DNA from: Marsupella aquatica
Taxonomy: Eukaryota > Plantae > Marchantiophyta
Assembly: GCA_973895155.1 (NCBI GenBank)
Contig: OZ316892.1
Span: 21,887,619 to 21,951,618, forward strand
Reading direction: 5' to 3'
Length of the DNA stretch: 64,000 bases
The notes beneath the pieces are model-generated. The model worked only from the letters and a program-made list of their open reading frames with translations, ran no database searches and was not told the origin of the DNA. A program made the position numbers and the translations under genes. This document shows, piece after piece, positions 49,140-61,295 of the stretch. How positions within the stretch are numbered: position 1 is the first letter of the stretch; each line of letters opens with the position of its first letter.

Positions 49140-49394
49140 TGTGGGTCTTCAAATTTTCAGTCTCCACAAAGCTGGCTCCGAAATCTTCTTTCAACAAAGA
49201 TGCCCAACTTCGTGTTTTCTTAGCATGTGGTCTGGTATGCCTCTTTGGGTGTTACTGTGCCCCATCACCAGCCTTCAGGAATCGAGCTCTACGATGTTTG
49301 TTTTGGCACTGGGAACATATATCGGCCAAATGATGTGTCGCACCTTACTCTAGGAGGGATGTGCATCTCTCTGTGTAATATGCAACCGTGTCTT

Positions 49395-49628
49395 CCTCTC
49401 ATTGTCTCTTTATGAAATGTCATTCTGGGAAGGACTCTGCTGCTGTTAGATTATGGTGACAGTTTTGCCTGACCATGAGATGGGCCTAAAGATATCACTA
49501 TGTGCACTATGGAATATTTTATTTCTTCTCATGGTCTCTTTATGAAATGTCATTGGGGGGAGAGGACTGGATCATGGTGACATTTTTGGATGACCATGAG
49601 ATGGGCCTAAAGGTGTCACTATGCACCT
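49395..49628. repeat. ~130-bp degenerate tandem duplication upstream of the WD40 gene
   Basis: TCTCATxGTCTCTTTATGAAATGTCATT..ATGGTGACA..TGACCATGAGATGGGCCTAAAG..TCACTATG occurs twice. Confidence 0.8.
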
Positions 49629-50410
49629 TTTCCACATCCAACCCATCACTTTCCCTGCAGCTCACACACCTTGAAGTTGCTGGGCCAACTTGCAGACTCC
49701 CCACAACTTCCGACCCTGGCTAAGTCACTTGTGCTCAACAACACCTAAGCTTAGCATCACTTACTATTGACAATACTCAATAGCACACAGGCGTTGGGCT
49801 AGTCTTCTATGGTATATATCACCATCAAAGTCTAGCACCCCTCATGACCTACTCACTAGAGTGAAGCCATAGCCAAAATCTATCTGGGAACAAAAATCTT
49901 GATGTTTAGACTATGTTTGTGAATAGGGAGGGGCATGGGGAATCTAGGTACAAGGAGCGCCTCGTATGCTAACACACGGGTAGTCAGGTTGGGAGGGGCT
50001 GCTTTTGTAATTAGGCAAACTTTAAGGACAAGAAGGGAAGGCCCCAAGTGTCCCCATTTCTAGTGAAGAGCTTAAGGGTGGTTTTCCAATATAACTAGTG
50101 ACTTTTTGTCACCCAAGAAAATTGGAGGGCCACTTATAGTTGTAAATATATGTTCCAGACCAAAAATCTTTTGAAATGAAGGTCAATAAATGCAAATTTC
50201 TTGAAGAAAGGAAAATGTCTCCATCACCTCTCAAGGTGGTATAAATTTCTAAACAAACAAAACACTTTGCATCAGCATTTATTTGCTTTGGGCTCACTGC
50301 TTGCCATGTACAATTGGTAGACACCATACTTCAATGGGCAACCAAGCTCTTTCTAATCCAACTGCACGCCCATTCCCACTCATTGTACATGGGCCCTCAA
50401 GTTCTTGTAA

Positions 50411-51016
50411 ACAACTTTTTACCAACCTGTCCCCCTAACTGCCTGAAATCACTATCCTATCCCCAAAACAAATTTATTTATCAACCTGCCCCCCTCTTTG
50501 TACATGGGTTAGTAATAACCCAGTACAGGGTTCCACTGCCACATGGCAAGGTGCAAGTGGCTGCAGGTTAACCACGCAAGATCCGCTCAGCACAAAGGTC
50601 ACCCAGCCCTAAGCCAGCACAAAGGTTGAAAGCCAAAGCCTAAGATGGCTCTGGACAATAGCGGGATCAATGCATAAACATTTGCGCACTTTTTGGTCAG
50701 CAAAAGAAGGGCAGGTACAAAATGCAGGGATAAAAAATAGTGTTTTGGTGAGATGACTTTCAGGCAAAAACTGACCCATTTTTTCTGGTTCCTGGCCTGC
50801 CCGATAAAGCTCTGTGATGGGGAAGGGGGAGGGGTGAGTGGGGATTGTGCCTGGTTAACCTTTTGGCCACTCACACCTTGACACTTTGCAGCGGGAACCC
50901 TGTATTGGGTTATTGCTAACCCATATACAAAAGGGCGGCAGGTTGACAAATAAATTCATTTTTGTGACAGGATAGAGAATTTGGGTAGTTTGGGGAACAG
51001 GTTAATAAAAAGCTGT
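50411..51016. mobile_element. ~600-bp non-autonomous TIR element (Mutator/hAT-like) with ~165-bp TIRs
   Basis: 50411-50573 is the near reverse complement of ~50852-51016 (e.g. GGGTTAGTAATAACCCAGTACAGGGTTCC vs GGAACCCTGTATTGGGTTATTGCTAACCC). Flanks TCTTGTAA / TATTGTAA differ by 1 mismatch. Confidence 0.75.
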
Positions 51017-51034
51017 TATTGTAAAACCAATTGC

Positions 51035-52640
51035 AACCCTTTCTAGCCATTCCTTATTCATTCGTCCATTATCATGCCTTGAGGCACAAATACAAGTGAC
51101 AAGTGCTATTTGTTTGGCAGCCGTAACCTATTGAGGCTTGCCATCGGCCACTATTATGACTTGGTCCTGAAAACAAGTGACAATGCTCTAGGACTTCCTA
51201 GTATTTGGCAATTTTCCTAATCAATATCATCCGGTCACTCACACAATCACACCTAGGTCTGAAGTAGCCAGATTGAACTAGGGATCTCTAGGTTCCAAAT
51301 TGCTTCCTAGCCCGTCCATGCTTGCTCAGCCATTGTTGGGCCTCAAGGAGCACTGCAGGCAAAAAAATGTTCCATTGCTAATTTTTTGGCAGCCGTAACT
51401 GATCACTGCTTGCAAGACGGCTTGCCATGGACTGCCATTATGGCATGGGCCTCAAAATGGGTGTGAATGCTCCAATAAGACCCCCTAATATTAGACTTAT
51501 CCTAGTCACTATGACCCACTCAGAGAGTCACACCTTGCATAGAGTGCCAATTGAACCTGGGACCTTTGGGCTCCAGGCTCATCCCTTCCTAGCTATTCCA
51601 TGATTGTTTGGCCATTGTCATGCCTTGAGGCATAAATGCAAGCAACAGATGCTTATGTGCTCTTTGCTTGGCAACCCTACCTGATCACACAACATACAAT
51701 AGGACCTGTTTTGGGTTTTCAAGGTTGGGGCTGAAAACTGCGATTATTTTGGGTTTGAAGGGGCCCGCACAGGGGGGGGGGGGAGGTGCAGGCTCATCCC
51801 TTCCTAACCTTTCCATGATCATTTGGCTATTGTTGTGTACTTGCAAGTGCCAGATGCTTCTGTGCATTGTGTTTGGCAGCCCTAACTGATCACAGCTTAC
51901 AATTTGCCACAATTATTTTGGGTTTTCAAGCGGGGCCTTGACCACAATTATTCTGTGTTTCCCAAGGGAGGGCAGGCTCATCCCTTCCTAGCACTTCCAT
52001 GATTGTTTGGCTATTGTAGTGCCTGGAGGCTTAAGTGCAAGTGACATATACTTCTGTGCTTTTTGTTTGGCAGCCCTAACTGAACAGGCCTTCAAATAGG
52101 TCTCAATTATTTTGGGTTTTCAAGGGGGGCCTGAAAACCCCAATTATTTTGGGTTTTCAAGTGGGGGCCTGGCTTACCCCTTCCTGGCCCTTCCATGATC
52201 ACTTGGCCACTGTTGTTCCTCGAGGCATACTTGCAAGCCGCTTGATTCTTCCGTGTTTTTGTTTGGCAACCTTAATTGATCACAACTTATGAACAGCCCG
52301 CAATTATTTTAGGTGTTCAAGGGAAGGGGCAGGTTCATCCCTTCCTAGCCCTTCCATGGTCATTTGGCCCTTGTTGTGACTGGACGCATAAATGCAAGCA
52401 ACAGATTGCTTCCATGCTTTGTGTTCTGCAGCCCTAACTGATCACGGCTTGCAATAGGCTGCAATTATTTTGGGTTTTCATGAGGGGCCTGGAAACCAAT
52501 GCGGATGCTCTAATAAGACCTCGTAATATGGGGCAAATTTTCCTAATCACATATTACCCACTCACAGAATCACCCCTGTGGCATGCGTAGTGGCGGATTG
52601 AACCTGAGACCTCTACTGTAGGTTCGAGCCTCATTTCTTC
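51035..52640. repeat. Degenerate tandem repeat array (~7 units of ~155-270 bp)
   Basis: Recurring CAGGCTCATCCCTTCCTAGC..TTCCATGAT..TTGGC, TGTTTGGCAGCCCTAACTGATCAC and CAATTATTTTGGGTTTTCAAG near 51040, 51300, 51575, 51790, 51975, 52170 and 52330. Confidence 0.85.
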
Positions 52641-53625
52641 GCCAACTACCAAAGCCAGCTGATCATCAATGTTACCAAGTTTAGATGCGAGAGCAATAGT
52701 TTCGATCAACACACGAGACGGAGCAGAACAGACGTTGTAAGCGAGGAAGTGACGAACAGAAGAGCAGCTCCCTCTTGAAACGTCTGAGATGTGGTGATGG
52801 CGATGAGGGTGATCAGCTGTGCTCTCCGCTCGTGCTCGCGGTGCAGCTGCTGAAGCGGTGATGCGTCTCGAGCTGATCCGTGTGGAGGCCGACGATTGTG
52901 CCAATCATTCTGAGCTTTCCGTGCAGACGATTGATGTGTGGCGTGTTCTTTGAGCACTCGGCTAGGCTACGGAAGTCGGCGTCTCTCCGGGAAATGCTTC
53001 GGCACGGGCGGTATGGGCGGGGACAGCGAGTACGAGCGAGAGAAGCCGCTTCTCAGGGCTTTTCAAACTGATCAGAGAAGAATAATAGGTTGGGAGTCGG
53101 CAAGCGACAGAGAGGGAGGAAGAATGAATGATTGAATTGGTGGTTTGCTCGAGTGATGAATGACTGATTTCAAGAATGCAGAATTGATTATTCAGGTATA
53201 AAATCAGTACTGTATGGCTCGGCTTGTGGCTCGGCTTGGCTCGGCTGGAATGGAAAGGAAAGTTCCAGTTGCTGAGGCAGTCGCCTGTGACGACAATGTG
53301 CGCGTCGATGAAGCGATGGACGAGCTGTTGTTCGATTCCAAGGTATAGCAGCATCGGGTGGGCTGGTGCTGGTGCTGTGCGGGCGGTGGCTGTGAGGCCT
53401 TCTTTGCGCCGAGGATGCAAAGCTACGGACAGACCTGTGAGTTTTTTCGTTTTCTTCTTCTTCTTCGTTCTCATTTCTGTTTCTCTGGGGGACGAGCGAC
53501 AAGAAGGAATCGAATGAGAAGCGGGGTGTGAAGAATTGATCGGTGTGTGGTGGTAGGAGGGAGGGCGGGGAGGTTGGCAATCGAGTGAGGGTCTCCATCC
53601 ATGCGGCGGCCAAAGCAGCAACAAT

Positions 53626-56600
53626 ATGTGTGCACGTGTGCTGCCTTGGTCAACACCGTCCAGCAACAATTCGAACTCCATTAACAATTCCGCCATTTCG
53701 TTCTCCCTCTCGGCGGCATCGACGACGTCGAGCACAGCTTCTGCTGCTGTAGCTGCTGCTGCTTCCATTCCACCGCTCCCCTCCTCCCCGGGGTCCCCTT
53801 CCTCCCCTCCGTTTGCTTTCCCCGCCCCTCCTGATTCTCAAGCCGCACTCTCCTGGCCTCCTGCTCCTCCTCTCTCTCCTGCGCCCGGCTCTGCGTCAGT
53901 AGGGGGGGCCTCTTTGCTCTCTTCTCCACCCGGGGGCCAACCGTCCAGTTCTACTCCCGTCTCCACGACCTCGCAGAATGGTGGGGGTGGTGCTGGTTCG
54001 ACCGGAACTGCCTCAGCGAGCCTGACACTTCCCGGAGCGAACGGGGTGGTGGTAGTGGGCGTCATTGGCAGGGTGGAGCATGAGGTCTCGCAGCTTTTGG
54101 ACCGCCTCCTGGATGCTCACGTCTTCGGTGTAAACAATAGGGCTACAGATCAATGGCAGGAGAGCGGGGAGCAATTTGTATCGGCCTTTGAGTTGACCAG
54201 CAGAACGACCAGAGAGAGGAAGCAAAGGAAGGACGCACATCGGAGTAGTCGGAGCAATGATGTGCAGGAGGATGGGGTGCTCGAAGGAGGAGAAGGTTCG
54301 CTTGTAAATAGACTGGGTTTAGAGGCAGATGATTTAGGGCAGAAGTCCGCAAGCAGAAGTGGTGCAAAGGGGCATGTTAAGAACGGACTTTATGGAAAGC
54401 GGAAGGAGGAGGTTGAACCTGGTAGTGGTGAGAAGAAGCCTGGGAATGGAGAGGAATCGATTGCGAAGAAAGGTGTCCAATTCGAAATTAGAAGTGGGAA
54501 AGGAGGGAATGAGGATTCGGGAAAAGCCCGGGGGGGCGGATGGAGGGAGGGGCAATGGAGTGTTCCATGGCTGCTCAGCAAGTTCAAGTATCACCATGAT
54601 GTGGAGAAAGGAACGGTCTATGTGCAATTCAGTTGGGAAGTTCTCCCATTGGATTTCTTGAAGGAGGATTCCCTTAAAGCCTCTGTTGCTAAAGATGGGT
54701 TATTTGCCACTCTGGAGAATCACGAGGCTGATGGTATGCGAGGACTTCTTTTTATGTTTTCTGTAAGGTTTCTACAGAAGCCCAAACTCCCATCTTTCCT
54801 TTCGTTAATACCAGTTACGTGACCCGTAGGGTAGGACTCTAATCCACTAAGGAAATCTGTTTTCTAGACCTAACCTACCGGTCGTTCCCGTCGGGACCTA
54901 AGGCCTGCAATCTGCTCAGACTTCTTGCACATTTGTCTTACGATCTCGTTTTTAGGGTACAAGGAACTGTCTGCATTGTAAACCTTAGGGATTGCTATGT
55001 TCAGTGGCATTTTAATTTGATTTTTGGCAAGTCAGCTTCTGTTACAGATCCATCGTGCGTTATTTGCTGTTTTTCTTCTTTGCAAAGTTGGTTTTGAGGG
55101 AAGGAGTCGTGTGTCACGTTGCTCCGAAAGTCCAGTTTGTCTCGAGAAGAGTACCTATCCTTCATCAGCGATTGACCATTTTGCATAAGCTCTCAAGTCC
55201 AGTTCCTTTCCAGTAGAGTAACCGATTATTCATCAGAGAAAGTTCGTTTGCATGACGATTGTGCAGGTTTGCCATGTTATACTGATGGTGCAAGAAGGAG
55301 CAAGTTTTGATCCTCATCTCCTCCGAATTTTTCGTCTGCTACAGACTGCCAAGCATAGTCTAGCGCCATTTGTGAAAACACAGATCCTTCCAGGCTTGCT
55401 TCCGCCACCTTCCTCCGCCGTTCGAGCTTCGCCGTCGAAACCTATCTCTCTGGGAACGAGGCCAGCCTACGGTAGAAGTGGAGCGGCAGGGCAGAATTCG
55501 TCCACTGTAGCTCTTATGTCCGGATCGACCCCAGTTTTAATTCCAGGGCAATGTACTCCGGTTGTTCTCTTTGTTTATTTGGAAGATATGCCAGAGGCAA
55601 CAGGGAGTTTGTCTCCTCATGCAATGACGCGAGCTGAGGAAGTTCCAGAGATGTCACCTTCAGCTGTGTACCAACCAGGATCGATGCTGCCTCTATCTAA
55701 TAATAATTATTTTCACCGGCAGAATCCTCTAGGGAGGCCTGCAGGCACAGGCTTGGCATTGTTGCGGACCAACAAAAAGTCAGAACCAGGGTTGCGCAAA
55801 AAGTTACAGGGTGCACTGGAAGCCCAGATTAGATTTTTGCTGAAAAAATGCCGAACTGTCGCAGGGTTTGGAGACACAACTCCTATAGGATCGGGCGTAT
55901 CCCCTGGAATGGGACCAAGGGGCCCAGGCAGCAATGCGAACAGTTATCAAGGAGTGGGTGGCGGTGGTGCACTATTTGTCTTAGATCCGTCTAGGGCAGT
56001 TATCCTCCTGGACCGGATGGCTAACTCGCAGACAGATGCTCTAGATGCTGCGACTGATGCTATTGAGGCTATGTTTTCTGGTAGAGACAATTTGGAAGAT
56101 ATGTTATGGGATCTTGGATCAAGTGCTGTCACGTCAGGAGATGATCTGCAATCAGTCAAGGATTTCCTCTGGCGGCAAGCTGAGATACTGAGAGGCAAGG
56201 GAGGGATATCTGGCAATTCAGGTGGTGGCACTGGAGGTGTGGGAATGGTTGCCGCTGCAGCCGCAGCTGCTGCTGCGTCTGCTGCTTCTGGACTTGCAGG
56301 TGGAACTAATAAACCAATTTGTAACCCCCCAGAGCTCCCAACATTTTCGAGCTGGTTATCCGCTTGCAGGGTTTTAGCCGATGCATTGTCTGCAAGACTG
56401 GCAGAAGATTCTGAACGAGATGGCGCCATTCAGAAACTTTCAGATGTAAATTACAGCGGTATGAAAAAAGGAGCTGTGAGCCCCACGAGGACTTCAGGAA
56501 GTATGGGAAACACTGTCAAAACCAAGCCCACCATGGAGTCGAGCCTAGTGTGTCTGGGTACTGGTTCACATCTGGATCTCAGATTTTCAGCTGCGTGGTG

Positions 56601-58990
56601 CGAAAGGGTCCTACCATCTGCGCTGGATGTCTATTTGAAGGGTCTACCTCCCAGCTATCCAACGGGTCTTCACAACTCCCAGCTAGAAAAAGCACTGCGT
56701 GTATTTCACTCTATGGTCAGAGGACACGCAGTCCCTCTTTATGCTGAAAAGCTCAAAAAGCAGTGTGAAGCTGTCTGGCATTCTGGTAGGCAACTTTGTG
56801 ATGCACAGAGCCTCACTGGAAAGCCATGTATTCATCAAGTGCATGAGGTTGTAGGCGCAGTTTCTACACAAATGTCAAATCATAGGGTAAAGGATAGCAG
56901 CAAAGGAATGTCTGAAAAGCTTATTTCCAAGCCTCACTCTAGTGGTGTAGTATTTCTCCATGCTTGTGCATGCGGGCGATCTCGAAAGCTTAGGAAGGAC
57001 CCTTTTGATTTTGAGAGCGCAAATGTGACCTTCTTTAGATTCCCTAACTGTGAGGAGCTGTTACCATCACTCGCCATACCGAGTTCCTCAGAAAACCTGT
57101 CGTCTGGAGGTTCCCCATGGAGTTTGGTGCGCTTGGGCATGTCACGTTATTATCAACCTGAGGTGGGCTTGGTTCAAAGTGGATTTCTTCCTAAGCATAA
57201 CTTTCTGTCTTTCTGGGACATTCCTTTAGTGTACAGTACTAGTGAAGGTCAAATTGACCCTGTTGCGGTTTCTCCTTCCAAAGAAGAGGTTGCTGAGGTA
57301 GTCTCTTCCAAACCACATTTGGACCCAACGGGAACGAATAAGTCACTACTTCGAGGGACAAAACCTGGATTTCAGACAAAACCAGCTGGTGCTAATCTTC
57401 ATGGCAGAGGTCCAGAAAAAGCTTACGTAGATCACAAGACCAGGGGCACTTCTGGAAATTCAGTTGCACGAAGGGGGGTCACAGACAGCACATCTAAGGT
57501 GAATTATGGCGGGGAGTCGGCCTTCCCTCCGCTACCAGAGAAGCAGGACAAGCTTCTAGTTGCCGTAGCCAAGCCTGTGAGGCAACAAGGTGGCAAGGAA
57601 AAGAAAAACCGACCGTTGGTTGTTCAGGATGATGAGAATGCAGCACCCTCTGTAGGTTCCTTGAATGGTGAGGTCAAGGAAGGTCAAAATAAAGTAGGAG
57701 GATCTCTTGATACCGAGGACGAAAATGTATCCACTGTGAGAGAATTGTCCAAGATGAGCTCAGAACTGAGCCTGAACTCCGTTACGCAGCATGTTCGAGT
57801 TTATATTGGATTTGAACACGAGTGTCCCCATGGTCATAGATTCCTCCTATCTGATAATCAGCCCGAGAGGTTGACCACTTCCAATTCATCACTGAAATCT
57901 GGCACAGTCCCGTCCGCAAAGCACAAAAAGAATGATCGAACTGAATCGCGGCTGAAGGATTTCTCACCCTTGACAGGTTCTCAGTATTCAGATGCTACCA
58001 TACAGGAAACTTCGGGAAATTCGGCAGGAGCTCAGATTTTTCCACCCAAATGGACGCAGAAAGGGACGAAGATACCTGACAAAATGCACTACTGGAGTGT
58101 CCAAGATGGTGACGGACGTTCACTACTCAATTCAAATCTTCCTATCTACATGCATTGTCCGTACTGCAAAGCATCAGGGGAGGATTCGAATTCAAACAAG
58201 AAAGCCACTTTTGGAGGCACCATATCACAGCTTCAACGAGTGTTTCTGGTATGCCTCTGCTACCTATTATTCCACTGGAGAGAGGATAATAGAGTTTCTT
58301 CACGTACGGGCACTTAACCACTGTCTTCGTCTGAAGATTTTGCGTATACTTTGACTCTAGGTGGCTTTTCCCTGGAGCTGTTGCCATCTTTTTCCTGGAT
58401 AGTAAATATGGTAGTATAGCAGATGATATCCTGTCTGTCTTCTTCGTCATTTTGTTTAACCTGTTTTCTACTAGTTGTCTTTCGAAAAATGTGTTTCGTT
58501 CTCGTTACTGAAGGGCGCTGCCGAAATTTTCTATCGCCGCTTTGGCTAACTCGGACTGTGAATTGCTCTGTTACAGGTCACACCCTCTTTACCTCTCCGA
58601 TTGGGTTCATGCCCGGTGGTGGAGTTTGAGGTACAGAGAACTTCTTACTGATCTTCCTGCACTAGAAAGCGTACTCGCAATGTCTTGGATGCCTGCCTCA
58701 CATAGACTCTGCCTCACATTATTATTGACGCATTTCAGGACATCTCAAAACCTGCGAAGACAGTATTGAAGTTCAACCCTGGGAGTGAAATCGTGTTACC
58801 GCCAGATAGCTTTCTAAGCTTGCGACTGCCATTCGTTTATTATTCCCAATTAGGAGGGGACCCGCACACGTCACTTCTAGTGAATCAAAATCAACCAGAG
58901 CGGTGTGCCTGGCTTGTGAAGAATACTGCACTGTATCTTCTGTCAAAAGGAGGAATGGTTGAGCCAACTATGTCAGGATCTTCCGGTTGA
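53626..58990 (+). CDS. SMG8: Nonsense-mediated mRNA decay factor SMG8, 4 exons
   Basis: Exons 53626-54762, 55267-58248, 58577-58630 and 58739-58990. Motifs GVVVVGVIG..QLLDRLLDAHVFG, GLLFMFS|VCHVI, LEAQIRFLLKKCR, GRQLCDAQSLTGKPCIH, HSSGVVFLHACACGRS, YIGFEHECPHGHRF, LPIYMHCPYC, SQLQRVFL|VTP and LSLRLPFVY. Confidence 0.93.
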
Positions 58991-61295
58991 CGCGCTTCGC
59001 ATTCGTCACACTAAGCTGGTTTACATTTGTACATACATCCAGTACAACAGCGATACACTGAGGCTTCTTCAGTAATACTGGACCGAAGCCGCATCAAGTC
59101 AGAAAGCCAGGTCAGTGGAATTCTCTCGAGACATCCAAATGACTTCCGAATCTGGAAAGAGTAAATTGTGACTCTTCTAGTAGTTTCCTTCCGGACCTTT
59201 GTTTGTGTTTCAATACAGTTTAGAGTTCAAATCTGCAGTAATAGACTAGCTAACACTGTGGTATGCTGCGGTGCTGGCAGCCCTATAGGAAGGCCTCCTA
59301 ATTGCTGGAGGATGGCTTTTGCATGATGAACTTGGAGGGGATATCCATGAAGCTGATCACAGAGAATCTCTTCTTCAAAGTTCTAACAAGAGGTGAAGTG
59401 GCGCATTACTCACTGAATTGGGCTTGGGAGCAATGGAGAATTGAAAGCTGGAGACCCCAGTCTTTGGATACATTCTGTTTATTGCTTAGCCATCTACAGA
59501 CGAGCTTGAGAATATCATAATCAGCATTGGATTGTGCCATATTGCAGCAATTTATCTGTGTCACTGAGTGGGATTTACACAAGGAGCAATAATTTGTTGC
59601 ACACATGGAGAGTTGGACCTGTTGCTTGGGCACACCGTGGAAAAGATGGGTTGTCCATCGGAGATACTAAATACAACGATGCAGCGACTCCACTCTTCTG
59701 GATATTTTGAGTGCGAGTTAAGTACCTGGTGCTTGACAAACTTACTGCATCTCTTCAACTTTTGATATCTTTTTGGAAACACGACTTTTGGTCAATGTTG
59801 GGGTCTTGAGTTTATTTATGGCTGTGCTTCTGCCTACCAGGATCAATTTTACTGTGGTTTCAGACTTTTTTGTCGCACTCAGCATCACCAACCGTTCATT
59901 TGCGTCATATTTTAATGTGGAAGGATAAAATTTATGAGCATCTGGCCCTAATGCCATTGAAAACTGACTGGACGACCATGAAGTGTGATGACTGGTCAGC
60001 GGAATCTACTACGTTACTTTTAAAATCAGAGCCTCCGCAATTGGGATGTGTTCTGTGTTCTCGAATTAATCAAATGACTTTCTACCTGATTTAAGATGTT
60101 CCGTACGGGTTCCATAATGGTTATAGATTAAGGTTGACCTGTTCGCAGACTTCAGAGTTTGCAGCAAAGTATGGATTGCAATTACCCGGGGATGTTAAGA
60201 CTCAAATTGTGAAGGCTATATGTCAGCTGAATGTTTTGTTCTCGTGTCTCTCAATACAAGCAGAACAATCTCAGAGTTGTGAGCGTCTTTTAAGCTTTCC
60301 AAGAAGTACCCTTAATAATCCAGAAGAGCAACAAGAGAATATTTCCGCCCGAACAAGGATAATTTCACTCGCATGATTAAAATTCCTGAGATTAATGATG
60401 ACAATAATACAAGGAAGGAATTAGTCAGACCTGTACTGCTCTGAAATGATAGCAGGTTTCAAGGAGTCATGGGAGTTCCCTTCCAACTTCGGGTGACTCC
60501 TGTCCTTTAGGCAAAACTCGCAATCCTATTTTGATGTACTTCATGAATCCAAGTAACTTCGCTAGTATGAAAATTCTTCTAGGTCTTTAAAATATATCTC
60601 AGGGTGGCTTGCCAAGACCTTGGGGGCAGTTTGAATGTTATTTACCAATGCTAATCTATTAGCCATTTAACATCCTAAAGAAAGTATAATGGAGCTAAAG
60701 AAGAACAAGGAATCATTTTTATGGCCCCTAATGTCCTAAGAGTCTGGAATCACTTTATGGTCCCCGTGTATGTTACAGGAACAGCAGCAAATAGTGCTGA
60801 AATAATGTGCTAAGAGACAAGTTGGGGACCCACTTCACTTGAAAGTCACATAGTTCTTTGGTTAGTGCTCTCTTGGTTTGACAAGTGAATTCTTTGGCTA
60901 GGGCTTTTCTTCTTTGACAAGAGAAACTATGATGAGGGGCATGTGGGTCCACTTTAATGTAAAAGACTCAAATTACGAATGGGTCATGCAGCCAGATGAA
61001 CAGACCCCCAAGAGAGGTGGTCTAAAATCTACTACAAAAATGTGCTCCACATAAGCAAAACTTGGGCCCCACACCATCCCATGTAGGATGGGTGACAGGT
61101 TTGGTTCAAAAGGCCCCCAATGTTTTGTGAAGTGAACAACATTAGTTTCTCCCCAATGGATGGCCCTCATCACATCTTGGAGACAAGAGAAAAGGTCAAA
61201 ACCCAGGTGAAAGCACCCCCAATGTATTGTAACTCCACTCATATTGATGAACCCCAGCCAACATTCGCAAGTTGGAAGTGACTAGTTTGGATGCC

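Noticed and set aside
48871-49197. 108-aa ORF as the start of the minus-strand gene
   Set aside because: Wrong frame; the conserved first exon is in another frame, from ATG 49139.
51035-52640. CRISPR-like array interpretation of the repeats here and at 63.4 kb
   Set aside because: Eukaryotic context, no unique spacers between identical repeats, and no cas genes.
52962-53768. 268-aa minus-strand ORF overlapping the SMG8 5' end
   Set aside because: Low-complexity GC-rich antisense frame with no recognisable domain.
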